From the NCBI GenBank assembly GCA_964576535.1, contig CAZNWB010000001.1:243-64242 (forward strand): a stretch of DNA of 64,000 nucleotides, written 5' to 3'. The translations under genes were made by a program, and so were the position numbers. Positions within the stretch are counted from its first letter, which is position 1; every line of letters starts with the position of its first letter. The notes beneath the pieces were generated by a model. That model ran no database searches, had not been told where the DNA came from, and saw only the letters and a program-made list of their open reading frames with translations. This document shows positions 19,121 through 28,682 of this stretch, piece by piece. The DNA is from an uncultured bacterium. GTDB lineage: Bacteria; Methylomirabilota; Methylomirabilia; Methylomirabilales; 2-02-FULL-66-22.

Positions 19121-19919
19121 ACAAATCCTCCACCTCTCCCAGGTATGCGCGAGTCACCTCGGGGTTGGTCTGCACCTCGGCCGGGGGTCCCTCCGCGATC
19201 TTCTCCCCGAAGTTCAGCACCGCCACCCGGTGCGAGATGTCCATGACGACCCCCATGTCATGCTCGACCAGGACACAGGTCACCCGCCAGCGCTCTTCCT
19301 CGTTGAGGTCCAGGATGAAACGCGCCATGTCCTCCACCTCCTCCAGGTTCAAGCCGGCCATGGGCTCGTCCAGGAGGAGGATCCGGGGCTGCAGGGCCAG
19401 GGCCCGCGCCAGCTCCACCCGCTTCTGCAGGCCGTAGGGAAGCATGCCGACAATCTTGTCACGGACGTGGGCGATCTCCAGGAGGTCAATGATCTCCCGC
19501 TCGATGAACTCTCGGTGGACCCGTTCCTCTCGCGCGGCCTTCCCGGCGTAAATCGCGCCGGAAAGTATTCCGGCGCGCATGTGCAGATGGCGCCCCAGGC
19601 GAATGTTGTCCAGGACGGTCATCCCCGAGAAGAGTTCGATCTTCTGGAAAGTCCGGGCGATCCCCAGCTCCGCGCGCTTGTGCGGCGCAAGGTGGGCAAT
19701 GTCCTGGCCCTCGAAGAGGATTCGCCCCCCGTCTGGGCGGTAGAGGCCATTGATGCAATTCAAGAGGACCGTCTTTCCGGCCCCGTTCGGCCCGATGAGG
19801 GAAAAGATCTCCCCCCGGCGGACATCCAGGCTGACCCCGACCAGGGCCTGGACCCCACCGAACGAAATGCGCAGGTCGTCCACCTTGAGATGGATCTCGT
19901 CGCGCGCCGGCTGGGTCAT
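19104..19919 (-). CDS. livG: ABC transporter ATP-binding protein
   Basis: Walker A is GPNGAGKTV and Walker B is LLLDEPMAG. The C-terminal extension typical of LivG is present. Confidence 0.85.
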   Translation of the reverse strand: MTQPARDEIHLKVDDLRISFGGVQALVGVSLDVRRGEIFSLIGPNGAGKTVLLNCINGLYRPDGGRILFEGQDIAHLAPHKRAELGIARTFQKIELFSGMTVLDNIRLGRHLHMRAGILSGAIYAGKAAREERVHREFIEREIIDLLEIAHVRDKIVGMLPYGLQKRVELARALALQPRILLLDEPMAGLNLEEVEDMARFILDLNEEERWRVTCVLVEHDMGVVMDISHRVAVLNFGEKIAEGPPAEVQTNPEVTRAYLGEVEDLYVSRR

Positions 19920-19933
19920 CCCCCTCCTCGGGA

Positions 19934-19981
19934 CCCCCTCACTTCCCCCTCATCCCCTTGGGGAGAGGAAAGGTGAGGGGG
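19934..19981. repeat. CCCTCAC...GGGAGAGG...GTGAGGG hairpin repeat, copy 1
   Basis: CCCCCTCACTTCCCCCTCATCCCCTTGGGGAGAGGAAAGGTGAGGGGG lies directly upstream of the livG start. Related copies occur at 20948 and 30889. Confidence 0.7.
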
Positions 19982-20020
19982 ATTTCGGAATGCGCAATTC
20001 GGAATGCGGAATGACCAGCA

Positions 20021-20064
20021 CATTCCGCACTCGGGTACCCTATGGGTGTTCGCCATTCCGCATT
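20021..20064. repeat. about-45-bp dispersed repeat (CATTCCGCAYTCGGGTACCCnnTGGGTGTTCCGCATT family), copy 1
   Basis: CATTCCGCACTCGGGTACCCTATGGGTGTTCGCCATTCCGCATT is preceded by a GGAATGC-unit hairpin. Related copies occur at 42087, 51871, 51944 and 52019. Confidence 0.8.
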
Positions 20065-20860
20065 ATCTTTCCACCCGGATCTTCTCGCCGCGGATGACGA
20101 TCCCGGACGGATCGATCTCACCCCGAAGGACCCGAAGCTCCTCGTCTGTCGGAGGGGCCAGCGCCTCGAGCCGCTCCGCCAGCAACGGCTTGAACTCCAT
20201 GCCCTGGAGGACTTCCGATGCGCTCAAGCCCCTCAGAACCCCCAGGAGCGTCAACCGTTTCGTCTCGTCGTCAAAGCCGAAGAGCGCCCGGGAGGTGACG
20301 ACGCGCCAGGGGCCCGTCCCCCGGGGGAGGCCCGCCTTCTCGCGCCCGCCCGGCCCGCTGAGGTACCCGGGGGACGTCACGAAGTCCAGCCGCTCCACGA
20401 AGCGGCGCGGCTCGTGCTTCATCACCAGGATCGTCCGCCAGCAAAGCGAGGCCACCTCGTTCCCCCCACCGCTCCCCGGGAACCGGCGGCCCGGCCGCTC
20501 GTAGGTCCCACCCAGCAACGTGGAGTTGACGTTGCCATGGGCGTCGATCTGGGCCGCCCCGATCATGCCGTAATCCACGTAGCCGGCGGCGGCATAGGCG
20601 AAGGCCCAGTTCATGTTGCTCCACTGCAGCGACCGATAGACATTCGTGGGGCCCCCCATGGTGCCGCGGACGAAGGGGGTCTGGCTCTGGGGTCCCACCG
20701 CCCCGAACTCGAAGACCTGGACAAGCTGGGGCGTGTACAGCCGCTCGGCCAGCATGGCCACGAGCTGTGGCATCCCCCACCCCACGAAGACCGTCTTCCG
20801 GTCCTCCAGCAGGCGGGCCGCCGTGCAGATCATGAACTCCGTATCGGTGAACTCAACCAT
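20063..20860 (-). CDS. CoA-transferase subunit B (glutaconate CoA-transferase type)
   Basis: Family layout is present (FVGWGMPQ..., GGTYERPGRRFPGSGGG), and it pairs with the subunit A gene upstream. The track start at 20869 is a TTG. I prefer the ATG at 20860, but the boundary is uncertain. Confidence 0.75.
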   Translation of the reverse strand: MVEFTDTEFMICTAARLLEDRKTVFVGWGMPQLVAMLAERLYTPQLVQVFEFGAVGPQSQTPFVRGTMGGPTNVYRSLQWSNMNWAFAYAAAGYVDYGMIGAAQIDAHGNVNSTLLGGTYERPGRRFPGSGGGNEVASLCWRTILVMKHEPRRFVERLDFVTSPGYLSGPGGREKAGLPRGTGPWRVVTSRALFGFDDETKRLTLLGVLRGLSASEVLQGMEFKPLLAERLEALAPPTDEELRVLRGEIDPSGIVIRGEKIRVER

Positions 20861-20947
20861 CTTTTCCAATGCGGAATGGGGAGTGCGGAATGCGGAATAC
20901 CAAGGGAGTTTTCATTCCGCATTCCGAAATCCGCATTCCGAAATCCA

Positions 20948-20996
20948 CCTCACCCTACCCTCTCCCACAACGAGGGAGAGGGGGGTGGGTGAGGGG
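20948..20996. repeat. CCTCACCC...GGGAGAGG...GGGTGAGG hairpin repeat, copy 2
   Basis: CCTCACCCTACCCTCTCCC-ACAACGA-GGGAGAGGGGGGTGGGTGAGGGG lies between CoA-transferase A and B. It follows a GGAATGC/GCATTCC-unit hairpin at 20871-20945. Confidence 0.75.
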
Positions 20997-20997
20997 T

Positions 20998-21966
20998 TCA
21001 GTGATATCCTTCGCGGATGGTGGCACGTCGCGCCAACTCTTGAAGCTTCTGCCGGCCGACCTTCCGATCCAGGAAGTCGGCGTGATCCTGCACCCCGTAG
21101 ATGTATTCGGTGAGATAGGCCTGCATCTGCTCCTCGGTCTGGATGGCGTTCACTTTGTCGATGTGCTCCAGGTCCAGCTCATACCGCGCCTGGACCCCGC
21201 CGGGGTACGCGCCGAAGGGCAGATGCACGACGGCATCCACCAGGAAGTACGGGATCGTGGTCGCGAGGGGATCCTTCCGGAACTCCAACGGGTCCACGAT
21301 CTCCTCGGTGGAGACGATCACTTTCCTGGCGGCCATGGCGGCTTCCAGCGCGAAGAGATTCGTCCCGAAGATGCGCGCGTTCCCGAACACGTCCGCCTGG
21401 TGGACATGGACCAGGAACGCGTCCGGATTCAGGGCCGGCACCAGGCAGATGGGGTCTCCCGTAAAGGGATCGTGCACCACCCTGGCCCCGGAATAGCGCA
21501 GGGTGTCGGTCCCCAGCAGATTTCGCATGGGCATGAAGGGGATGCCGCGCGCACCCGCCAGCATGCGGGACGCCAGTGATCCGTTCGTCCATTCAAAGAC
21601 CCGCACGCGACCTTCGCTCACGGCCCGGCCGATGTAGTTGCCGTAGCCCAGGAACCCGACGTCGATCCGCGAGGCGCAGCCGCTTCCCACCAGGAGCGCG
21701 CTCTCGTGCAGCGTGAACTCCGCGCAGACCCAGAGGTCTTTCCGGCGCTGGCGGATGATCTCTCGGACCAGGGCCTGGGGACCGCGGGTGAGCGAGGAGA
21801 AGTCGTAGGCCAGGTAGTCCCCGTCGGCAACGTAGCGGGTGATGGCCTCGCGCTCGGTCAGGCGCTTCTCGACCATCTCGCGCCGCTTGTGCTGGCGCAC
21901 CCAGTCCCGGAAATCATCCGGATGCGCGAACCGGATCTCCGCCGTCCCCTGCAGGATCGTCTCCAT
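20998..21966 (-). CDS. CoA-transferase subunit A (glutaconate CoA-transferase type)
   Basis: The length (322 aa) and the motifs DGDYLAYDFSS..., ...GIPFMPMRNLLGTD resemble the GctA family. Confidence 0.75.
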   Translation of the reverse strand: METILQGTAEIRFAHPDDFRDWVRQHKRREMVEKRLTEREAITRYVADGDYLAYDFSSLTRGPQALVREIIRQRRKDLWVCAEFTLHESALLVGSGCASRIDVGFLGYGNYIGRAVSEGRVRVFEWTNGSLASRMLAGARGIPFMPMRNLLGTDTLRYSGARVVHDPFTGDPICLVPALNPDAFLVHVHQADVFGNARIFGTNLFALEAAMAARKVIVSTEEIVDPLEFRKDPLATTIPYFLVDAVVHLPFGAYPGGVQARYELDLEHIDKVNAIQTEEQMQAYLTEYIYGVQDHADFLDRKVGRQKLQELARRATIREGYH

Positions 21967-22119
21967 GGATTATGTCAGGCCCGGCCTGAGGATCAGCCCC
22001 CCTGGCACCCTGCCGGATTGTCCCCTCCCCACATCGGACCCGTATGCATTCGTACTGCCCGCCATGGTGAACGTCCATAGCCAGTGGCAACGACCGATGT
22101 CCCGTGACGGGTCTCGAGC

Positions 22120-23058
22120 TTACAAGCCCGCCTTCCTGAGGACCTCTTCGACGGCCGAGTAGGGGTCGGTTTCACGGGCCGCGATCCGCTCGATCAGCCG
22201 GTCCAGCGTGCCATTGCCGATGACCTTCTCCACGACCCGTCCCGTCACCTGCTCCTGGAGCAGCTCCCAGAACACCCACCGGCTCCGCTCCTTCCCCTTT
22301 TGCCGGCGCCCTTCCGCCGTTTGCATGAAGGCCTGGTGCTCCAGGATGGTCTGGGTGAGCTCGGCGATGCCCTCTCCCTTCACCGCCACGGTCTTCAGCA
22401 CCCTGGGCTGCCATCCCTCCGTCGCCTTGCCTAGGTGCAGCATCATCTCGATCTCGGTGACCGTCTTGTCGGCACCGTCGCGGTCGGCCTTGTTCACCAC
22501 GAAGAGATCCCCGATCTCCATGATGCCGGCCTTGATGGCCTGGATCTCATCCCCCATCCCCGGGACGGCCACCACGACGCTCGTATGGGCGGCCTTGACC
22601 ACTTCCACCTCGTCCTGACCGACGCCCACGGTCTCGATGATCACGTAGTCTTTCCCGGCGGCGTCCAGAATGTCCACCACATCGTTCGTGGCGCGGGCCA
22701 GGCCCCCGAGATGCCCCCGCGTCGCCATGCTGCGGATGAAGACGCCCGGATCCAGGCTGTGGCGCTGCATCCGGATCCGGTCGGCCAGGATGGCGCCGCC
22801 GGTGAATGGGCTGGTGGGGTCCACCGCGACGATGCCAACAGACTTGTCGAGGCGGCGCAGCTCTTCCGTGATCCCGTCCACCAGGGTGCTCTTGCCGGAG
22901 CCTGGCGGACCGGTCACGCCGACGACATAGGCTTTGCCCGTGTGGGGATACAGGGCCTTCAAGGCGGGGATGGCCCCTTGGGTGGCGTTCTCGATCATGC
23001 TCATCAAGCGAGCGGCCGCCCGAATGTCGCCCTGCAGGGTTTTCTGGACGAGGTCCAT
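22120..23058 (-). CDS. meaB: MeaB/ArgK-type G-protein chaperone of B12 acyl-CoA mutases
   Basis: The P-loop is GVTGPPGSGKSTL. The family motifs GVGQDE and NKADRDGA are present, and the size is 312 aa. Confidence 0.85.
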   Translation of the reverse strand: MDLVQKTLQGDIRAAARLMSMIENATQGAIPALKALYPHTGKAYVVGVTGPPGSGKSTLVDGITEELRRLDKSVGIVAVDPTSPFTGGAILADRIRMQRHSLDPGVFIRSMATRGHLGGLARATNDVVDILDAAGKDYVIIETVGVGQDEVEVVKAAHTSVVVAVPGMGDEIQAIKAGIMEIGDLFVVNKADRDGADKTVTEIEMMLHLGKATEGWQPRVLKTVAVKGEGIAELTQTILEHQAFMQTAEGRRQKGKERSRWVFWELLQEQVTGRVVEKVIGNGTLDRLIERIAARETDPYSAVEEVLRKAGL

Positions 23059-23192
23059 CCCGTGTGATTTCTCGGTGTAAACCGGCGTTTGTGAACGGGA
23101 AAGCTATCACAGCAAAAACCGCCATGTCCATAAAAAAACTCGACAAAATCCGAGTCCCAACGGGCCGTTGGCAGCGGAAGAGCGACTCGGTC

Positions 23193-23221
23193 TTGACCCG
23201 GCGGCAGTGAGGGATTATACA
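23193..23221 (+). promoter_or_regulatory. candidate sigma70-type promoter for the M24 peptidase gene
   Basis: TTGACC (23193-23198), a 17-nt spacer, then TATACA (23216-23221), about 48 nt upstream of the ATG at 23269. Confidence 0.4.
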
Positions 23222-23268
23222 GAACAGACATGCCTGGGTAATTCGAGAGAGAAAAGGAGCGATTGCCT

Positions 23269-24396
23269 ATGGTGCCGTTTGACGCCAAGAAGCTGGCAGG
23301 TCTCATGGAAGACGCGGGGGTTTCCCTGGTCCTCGCCAGCACCCGCCACAATGTCCGCTATCTTACCGGCGGCTACTACTTCCACTTCCACGAGCGCTTC
23401 ACCCGTATCGGGAGAAGCCAATACCTTCCACTGGTCGGCCTGCCCCACCGGCGCCTCGAAGAGGCCTTCTATACCGGCCGCCCCGACGAGGCAGGTCAGA
23501 TCGAGGCCGAGGGTCTCTGGATCGTCAACCGCCCCACTGCCACGCGCGGCACCGTTGGCGCAGCCGAGGCGGCGGCTGCCGCGACGCAGAAGCTTGGCCT
23601 GGCCAACGCCACCATCGGCGTGGAACTCCCCTTCCTGCCGGCGGACGCCTTTCTCGTCCTCCAGCGGTTGCTGCCGCACGCGCAATTTGTGGATGCCACC
23701 ACGGTCCTAGACGAGTTGCGCGCCGTGAAGAGCGCTGCCGAACTGGCTCACCTGCGGACGGTGTACGACCGGACGGCCCAGGCTATCCAGGCGACCTTTG
23801 CTTCGGGCACGCCAGGCATCACGACCGCGGCCGTCGCTGAGCGCGTCCGCCGGGAGATGGCGGACCGGGGCTTGGAGTTCCTCTGGGCCTTCACCTGCGC
23901 CGGGCCGGGCACCCTGCGGGCGCCCTCCCAGGTCCGGTGGGAGCGGGGACGCGTCCTGCACATTGATGCCGGGGGCGAGGACCGGGACTACCTGGCCGAC
24001 GTCTGCCGGATGGGGTGCCTGGGGGAACCCTCTCCCCTTGCCAGGGAGCTACACGCCGCCTGCCTCGAGGTCCAAGGGCGTGTCCGAAAGATCGTCCGGG
24101 CGGGCTTGCCGTGCAAGGAGGTGCTGGCAGAGGGCGAGCGCGCCGTCCGCGAGAACCGGTTCGCCCTGTACGCTCGCTTCATTGCCCATGGGATCGGCAT
24201 GGTCTCCCACGAGCAGCCGGAGATCACGCCGACCAACTCCCGCGCGCTGGCGGCCGGAATGGTCCTCTCCATCGAGACCGAGTGCATTTATCCCCAGGTC
24301 GGCCACGTGAAGATCGAGGACGCGGTGGCGGTGACGGAGAGAGGGTGCGAGGGACTCGGGGACATCGGTCGCGAGTGGCAGATCGTCCCGGCGTGA
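23269..24396 (+). CDS. M24 family metallopeptidase (Xaa-Pro dipeptidase/creatinase-like)
   Basis: Metal-ligand contexts are present (HIDAGG, YLADVCR, AHGIGM, SIETE, KIEDAV). The ATG at 23269 lies 9 nt after AAGGAG. The track start at 23263 is a TTG. Confidence 0.75.
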   Translation: MVPFDAKKLAGLMEDAGVSLVLASTRHNVRYLTGGYYFHFHERFTRIGRSQYLPLVGLPHRRLEEAFYTGRPDEAGQIEAEGLWIVNRPTATRGTVGAAEAAAAATQKLGLANATIGVELPFLPADAFLVLQRLLPHAQFVDATTVLDELRAVKSAAELAHLRTVYDRTAQAIQATFASGTPGITTAAVAERVRREMADRGLEFLWAFTCAGPGTLRAPSQVRWERGRVLHIDAGGEDRDYLADVCRMGCLGEPSPLARELHAACLEVQGRVRKIVRAGLPCKEVLAEGERAVRENRFALYARFIAHGIGMVSHEQPEITPTNSRALAAGMVLSIETECIYPQVGHVKIEDAVAVTERGCEGLGDIGREWQIVPA

Positions 24397-24413
24397 CCGG
24401 TTTTCCCGCATTT

Positions 24414-25444
24414 GGGGTCAGGCCTTTATAACTTTATTTTCCACGCAAGCGCTCCTCCACCCGACCGACCAGCCGGGCGAGAGTTGGATTCGAGTCGAGG
24501 CGTTGCCGCAGTCGCTGGACTTGGAGGCTGAGAGTCACGGCCGCGCGACGTAACGCCCGGGCAGTCTCCGAATATTGGATGCCAGCAAGGTCGTAACCCA
24601 CGTAGGCGGCAATCGCCCGCGCCGTGGCCAAGTTGCGAACCCGGCTAGGTGTCCGGATGTCGAGCGGCCGCACCCCAGTCACTTCACACGTAGCACGGAC
24701 ACATTCCTCAACCGTCAGGCGGAGCCGCCGATGCTCAGGGCGGATCCTCCCTTTTCGCTCTGCTGTCTCAATGAACGCTTCACTGCCGAGATACCGCTGC
24801 TCGACTAGCTCGTACAAGTCCTCCCGATGGCCTTCGCCCATGCCATCCGCAATGAACCGGCGGTAGGCCGTGCGCCGACGAGGACCTCCTCGGCCGAAAT
24901 GGCCCAGAATCTGTTCCACGGAGACCCAGCTGGAAGGTGCCGACTCCAGGTAGGCCTTGTGACTGCTCCATCCCCATCGTTCCGGCGCCTGGACCAACCC
25001 GGCGCGAACCGGATTCAGATGGAGGTACCGCACAAGGGTGAGAAGATAGGCGTCTCGATCACACAGGATCGCCTTGTAGCGGCCCTGAAAGCAGTGGCCC
25101 GTAAGTCGATATTTCTTGTTGAAGTAGGCCGTGTAGCTTTGCTGGATTCCCTGCATGATCTTCGCCAATGGGACGCTGTCCGTTTCTACCAGTAGGTGGA
25201 TGTGATTCGGCATCAGAACATAGGCGTACACGTGAAAACCATAGCGCTGGTGATATCGCTGTAGGAGGTTTTCGTACCTGGCGTAGTCGCTGGCATCGCG
25301 GAAGGATCGCTGCTTCTGGTTTCCGCGACCCATAACATGGAACAGGGCGCCTGGGAAATCTATGCGAGTCGGGCGTGCCATGGTGCGATTTATAGCCCAA
25401 CATAACATGGAATGGCAATAATAAAGTTATAAAGGCCTGACCCC
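24414..25444 (-). mobile_element. RayT/IS200-like single-gene element bounded by a perfect 25-bp inverted repeat
   Basis: GGGGTCAGGCCTTTATAACTTTATT (24414-24438) is the exact reverse complement of AATAAAGTTATAAAGGCCTGACCCC (25420-25444). The outer ends carry a CCTGACCCCRAAT motif, which is tandemly duplicated at 25438-25462. Confidence 0.8.
24434..25381 (-). CDS. REP-associated tyrosine (HUH, Y1) transposase-like protein with C-terminal DnaA-C-like HTH
   Basis: The HUH motif context is YVLMPNHIHLLVE, and the downstream Tyr region is QQSYTAYFNKKY. The C-terminal segment RNLATARAIAAYVGYDLAGIQYSETARAL looks like an HTH. The start is an ATG at 25381. Confidence 0.8.
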   Translation of the reverse strand: MARPTRIDFPGALFHVMGRGNQKQRSFRDASDYARYENLLQRYHQRYGFHVYAYVLMPNHIHLLVETDSVPLAKIMQGIQQSYTAYFNKKYRLTGHCFQGRYKAILCDRDAYLLTLVRYLHLNPVRAGLVQAPERWGWSSHKAYLESAPSSWVSVEQILGHFGRGGPRRRTAYRRFIADGMGEGHREDLYELVEQRYLGSEAFIETAERKGRIRPEHRRLRLTVEECVRATCEVTGVRPLDIRTPSRVRNLATARAIAAYVGYDLAGIQYSETARALRRAAVTLSLQVQRLRQRLDSNPTLARLVGRVEERLRGK

Positions 25445-25491
25445 GAATTCTGACCCCGAATTGGCTTCGGCAAGGTGCGCTGGCCAGGAGT

Positions 25492-26643
<1,152 letters not shown>

Positions 26644-26657
26644 TGTTCCTTCAAATG

Positions 26658-26788
26658 AGCGTTCGGTCGTTCGGGGCACCCACGCCACGGCGGTGGAGAT
26701 CCACCGCGGTGCCGTGGGTCCCGGTGGTTCGGTCGTTCTTGATCTGAGGGAACCACCGAACGACCGAACTGCCGAACCGTCGAACGCT
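26658..26788. repeat. CGAAC/GTTCG-unit palindromic intercistronic element, copy A
   Basis: The element runs AGCGTTCGGTCGTTCGG...GGTGGTTCGGTCGTTC-loop-GAACCACCGAACGACCGAACTGCCGAACCGTCGAACGCT. A nested palindrome CCCACGCCACGGCGGTGGAGATCCACCGCGGTGCCGTGGG is inserted in the left arm. Confidence 0.85.
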
Positions 26789-26796
26789 TTATGTTC

Positions 26797-27333
26797 CTAG
26801 GCGGGTACGAAATACACGTCCGTCGGCTTGAACTTGGACAGGCGCTTGAACTGCGCGCGCACCTTCATTCCCACCCAGTCCAGGGACGGCTTGAGCGGGT
26901 CCACCCCCATCAGCCGGGCCAGGAACAGGGTGTTTACCCCCGGCCACTCGACCAGGATGAGGACGAAGGGAGTCTCCTTCAGGAACTCCTCGCTGCCGTA
27001 GTGGCAGACCGTGAAGGTATGGACGTTGCCTTCCTTCGGCAGCTCGACCCAGTCACACTCGCCCCCGCAGTACATGCAGTGCAGCCGGGGCGTGCCGTAG
27101 GTGTACTTGCACGGCGCGCACCGCGTCCCCAGCAGCTTCCCGTTGGCCAGGCCGGCAAAGAAGGGTGAATCCTGGCCGTAGCTGTGGATATAATCAATGT
27201 GATAGGGCTGCTTGATGATGATGGGCGCCATCCCCTTCAGGTCCTTGAGATCCTTGGGGAACGGCACGTTGAACAGGATGGTCCCGTCGTCGGTCTCCGG
27301 GAGCTTCACCCGCTTCATCTCTTTCTCGCTCAT
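26797..27333 (-). CDS. DUF35 OB-fold / zinc-ribbon acyl-CoA-associated protein
   Basis: The start is an ATG at 27333 (MSEKEMK...). The zinc ribbon is CAPCKYTYGTPRLHCMYCG, followed by an OB-fold-like tail. Only the last 179 codons of the 502-aa track ORF are credible. Confidence 0.8.
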   Translation of the reverse strand: MSEKEMKRVKLPETDDGTILFNVPFPKDLKDLKGMAPIIIKQPYHIDYIHSYGQDSPFFAGLANGKLLGTRCAPCKYTYGTPRLHCMYCGGECDWVELPKEGNVHTFTVCHYGSEEFLKETPFVLILVEWPGVNTLFLARLMGVDPLKPSLDWVGMKVRAQFKRLSKFKPTDVYFVPA

Positions 27334-27335
27334 GG

Positions 27336-28649
27336 CTAGAACCCCTTCTCGAGGATCGAGACCACGACGTAGGTCCCCGTGCCGGCGTGGCTGTGGATGG
27401 CCCCACGCCGTGCGTTTTTCACCTGGAGCTGCTCGCTGCCGAAGTGCTTCCCGATACTCCCCTGGAGCTGCCACAGGGCGAAGACCGCCTGCATGAGACC
27501 CGTGGCCCCCACGGGATGACCGCAGGCAATGAGGCCTCCTGACGGGTTCACCGGGATCGTTCCCTGCTCCGAAAAGGGATACCCGTAATCCAGGTTCGGC
27601 ATGAAGGGCTTGCCGGCCTCGACGAACTTGCCCCCCTCTCCGTAGCGGCAGAGGCCCATGTCCTCGTAGGTCTGGATCTCGGACGAGGTGTAGGCGTCGT
27701 GCAGCTCGATGAAGTTTAGCTCCGCGATCGGGTTGGTGATCCCGGCCATCTGGTAGGCGGTCTTGGACGCCATGCGCCCGGCCCGGAACGAGTGGACCCC
27801 GGGATACTTCAACCCCTTGTAATCCTCGGCCTTCTCGTGGGGGAGCCGAATGACCTCGGCGTGGGGCCGGTCCGCCATTCGCATGGTGTCGATGCCTCCA
27901 CCTACGCCGGTCACCTTGGCGGGCTTTGGCCGGCGGCCCGTGGCCTTCTCCAGCTTGTTCAAACCCTCCTCGCTGGCAAGAATGACGACGGCCGCGCCAT
28001 CGCTCATAACGCAGATGTCCAGCATGGTGAGGGGCCAGGCCACCATCTCCGAGGCCCGGACATCCTCGATTCGGATCTTCATCCGCTTCTGGGCGTATGG
28101 GTTGTGCAAGGCGTTGTTGTGATTCTTCACCGAGACCAGCGCCATCTGCTCCACGGAGGTTCCGAACTCCTGCATGTGGCGGACCACCATCATGGCGTAA
28201 TAGCCGGAGTAGAAGCCGCCCACCGGGTAGTCGAAGCTCACATCCGAGGCCAGGGCGATGAACTCGTTCCCCTTCCATGTATTCACGTGGGACATCGTTT
28301 CCCAACCGTACACGACGCAGAGGTCAAACCGGCCGGAGGCCACGGTCTCCCACCCCGACTGGAATGCCACCCCACCCGTGGCACCCCCCGCCTCAATGCG
28401 CTTGGTGGGCTTGGGACACAGGCCCAGGTAGTCCTGGACCATGCTCCCCGCCTTGAGCTGGCGCATGAAGTGATCCGAGAAATAGGACGCCACGGTCCCG
28501 TCCACGATCTCGGCGGCCTTCCGGAATTCCAGCCCGATGTCCTTGAGGGCGTAATCGTACGCCTCCTTGACCATCGCCTGGAACGTCACGTCCGGCCGTG
28601 CCTTGGCGAACTTGCTGACCCCCCCCGAAACCAGGTACACGGGTCGCAT
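27336..28649 (-). CDS. SCP2-thiolase-fold protein lacking the nucleophilic cysteine (Ltp2-like, candidate aldol-lyase)
   Basis: Thiolase-fold motifs are present (NPSGGLIACGHPVGATG). The position of the nucleophile reads IEAGGATGG, where thiolases carry C in NNNCATGS / ACASG. The gene is adjacent, across a 2-nt gap, to the DUF35 gene. Confidence 0.7.
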   Translation of the reverse strand: MRPVYLVSGGVSKFAKARPDVTFQAMVKEAYDYALKDIGLEFRKAAEIVDGTVASYFSDHFMRQLKAGSMVQDYLGLCPKPTKRIEAGGATGGVAFQSGWETVASGRFDLCVVYGWETMSHVNTWKGNEFIALASDVSFDYPVGGFYSGYYAMMVVRHMQEFGTSVEQMALVSVKNHNNALHNPYAQKRMKIRIEDVRASEMVAWPLTMLDICVMSDGAAVVILASEEGLNKLEKATGRRPKPAKVTGVGGGIDTMRMADRPHAEVIRLPHEKAEDYKGLKYPGVHSFRAGRMASKTAYQMAGITNPIAELNFIELHDAYTSSEIQTYEDMGLCRYGEGGKFVEAGKPFMPNLDYGYPFSEQGTIPVNPSGGLIACGHPVGATGLMQAVFALWQLQGSIGKHFGSEQLQVKNARRGAIHSHAGTGTYVVVSILEKGF

Positions 28650-28682
28650 ACTCAGCCCCCCACTCGTTCACACGCTAAACGA

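Noticed and set aside
12020-23262. I looked for cobalamin riboswitches upstream of the B12-related genes (the leaders at 12020-12082, 23059-23262 and 30820-30932).
   Set aside because: No B12-box (GCCACTG-like) or the conserved GGGAA...GGTG...AATCC core is visible on the relevant strand in any of these leaders.
27334-28305. The N-terminal 323 codons of the 502-aa minus-strand ORF 26797-28305.
   Set aside because: This part overlaps the thiolase-fold gene in another frame and has a low-complexity Arg/Gly-rich translation. A clean ATG at 27333 gives a complete 179-codon DUF35 gene.
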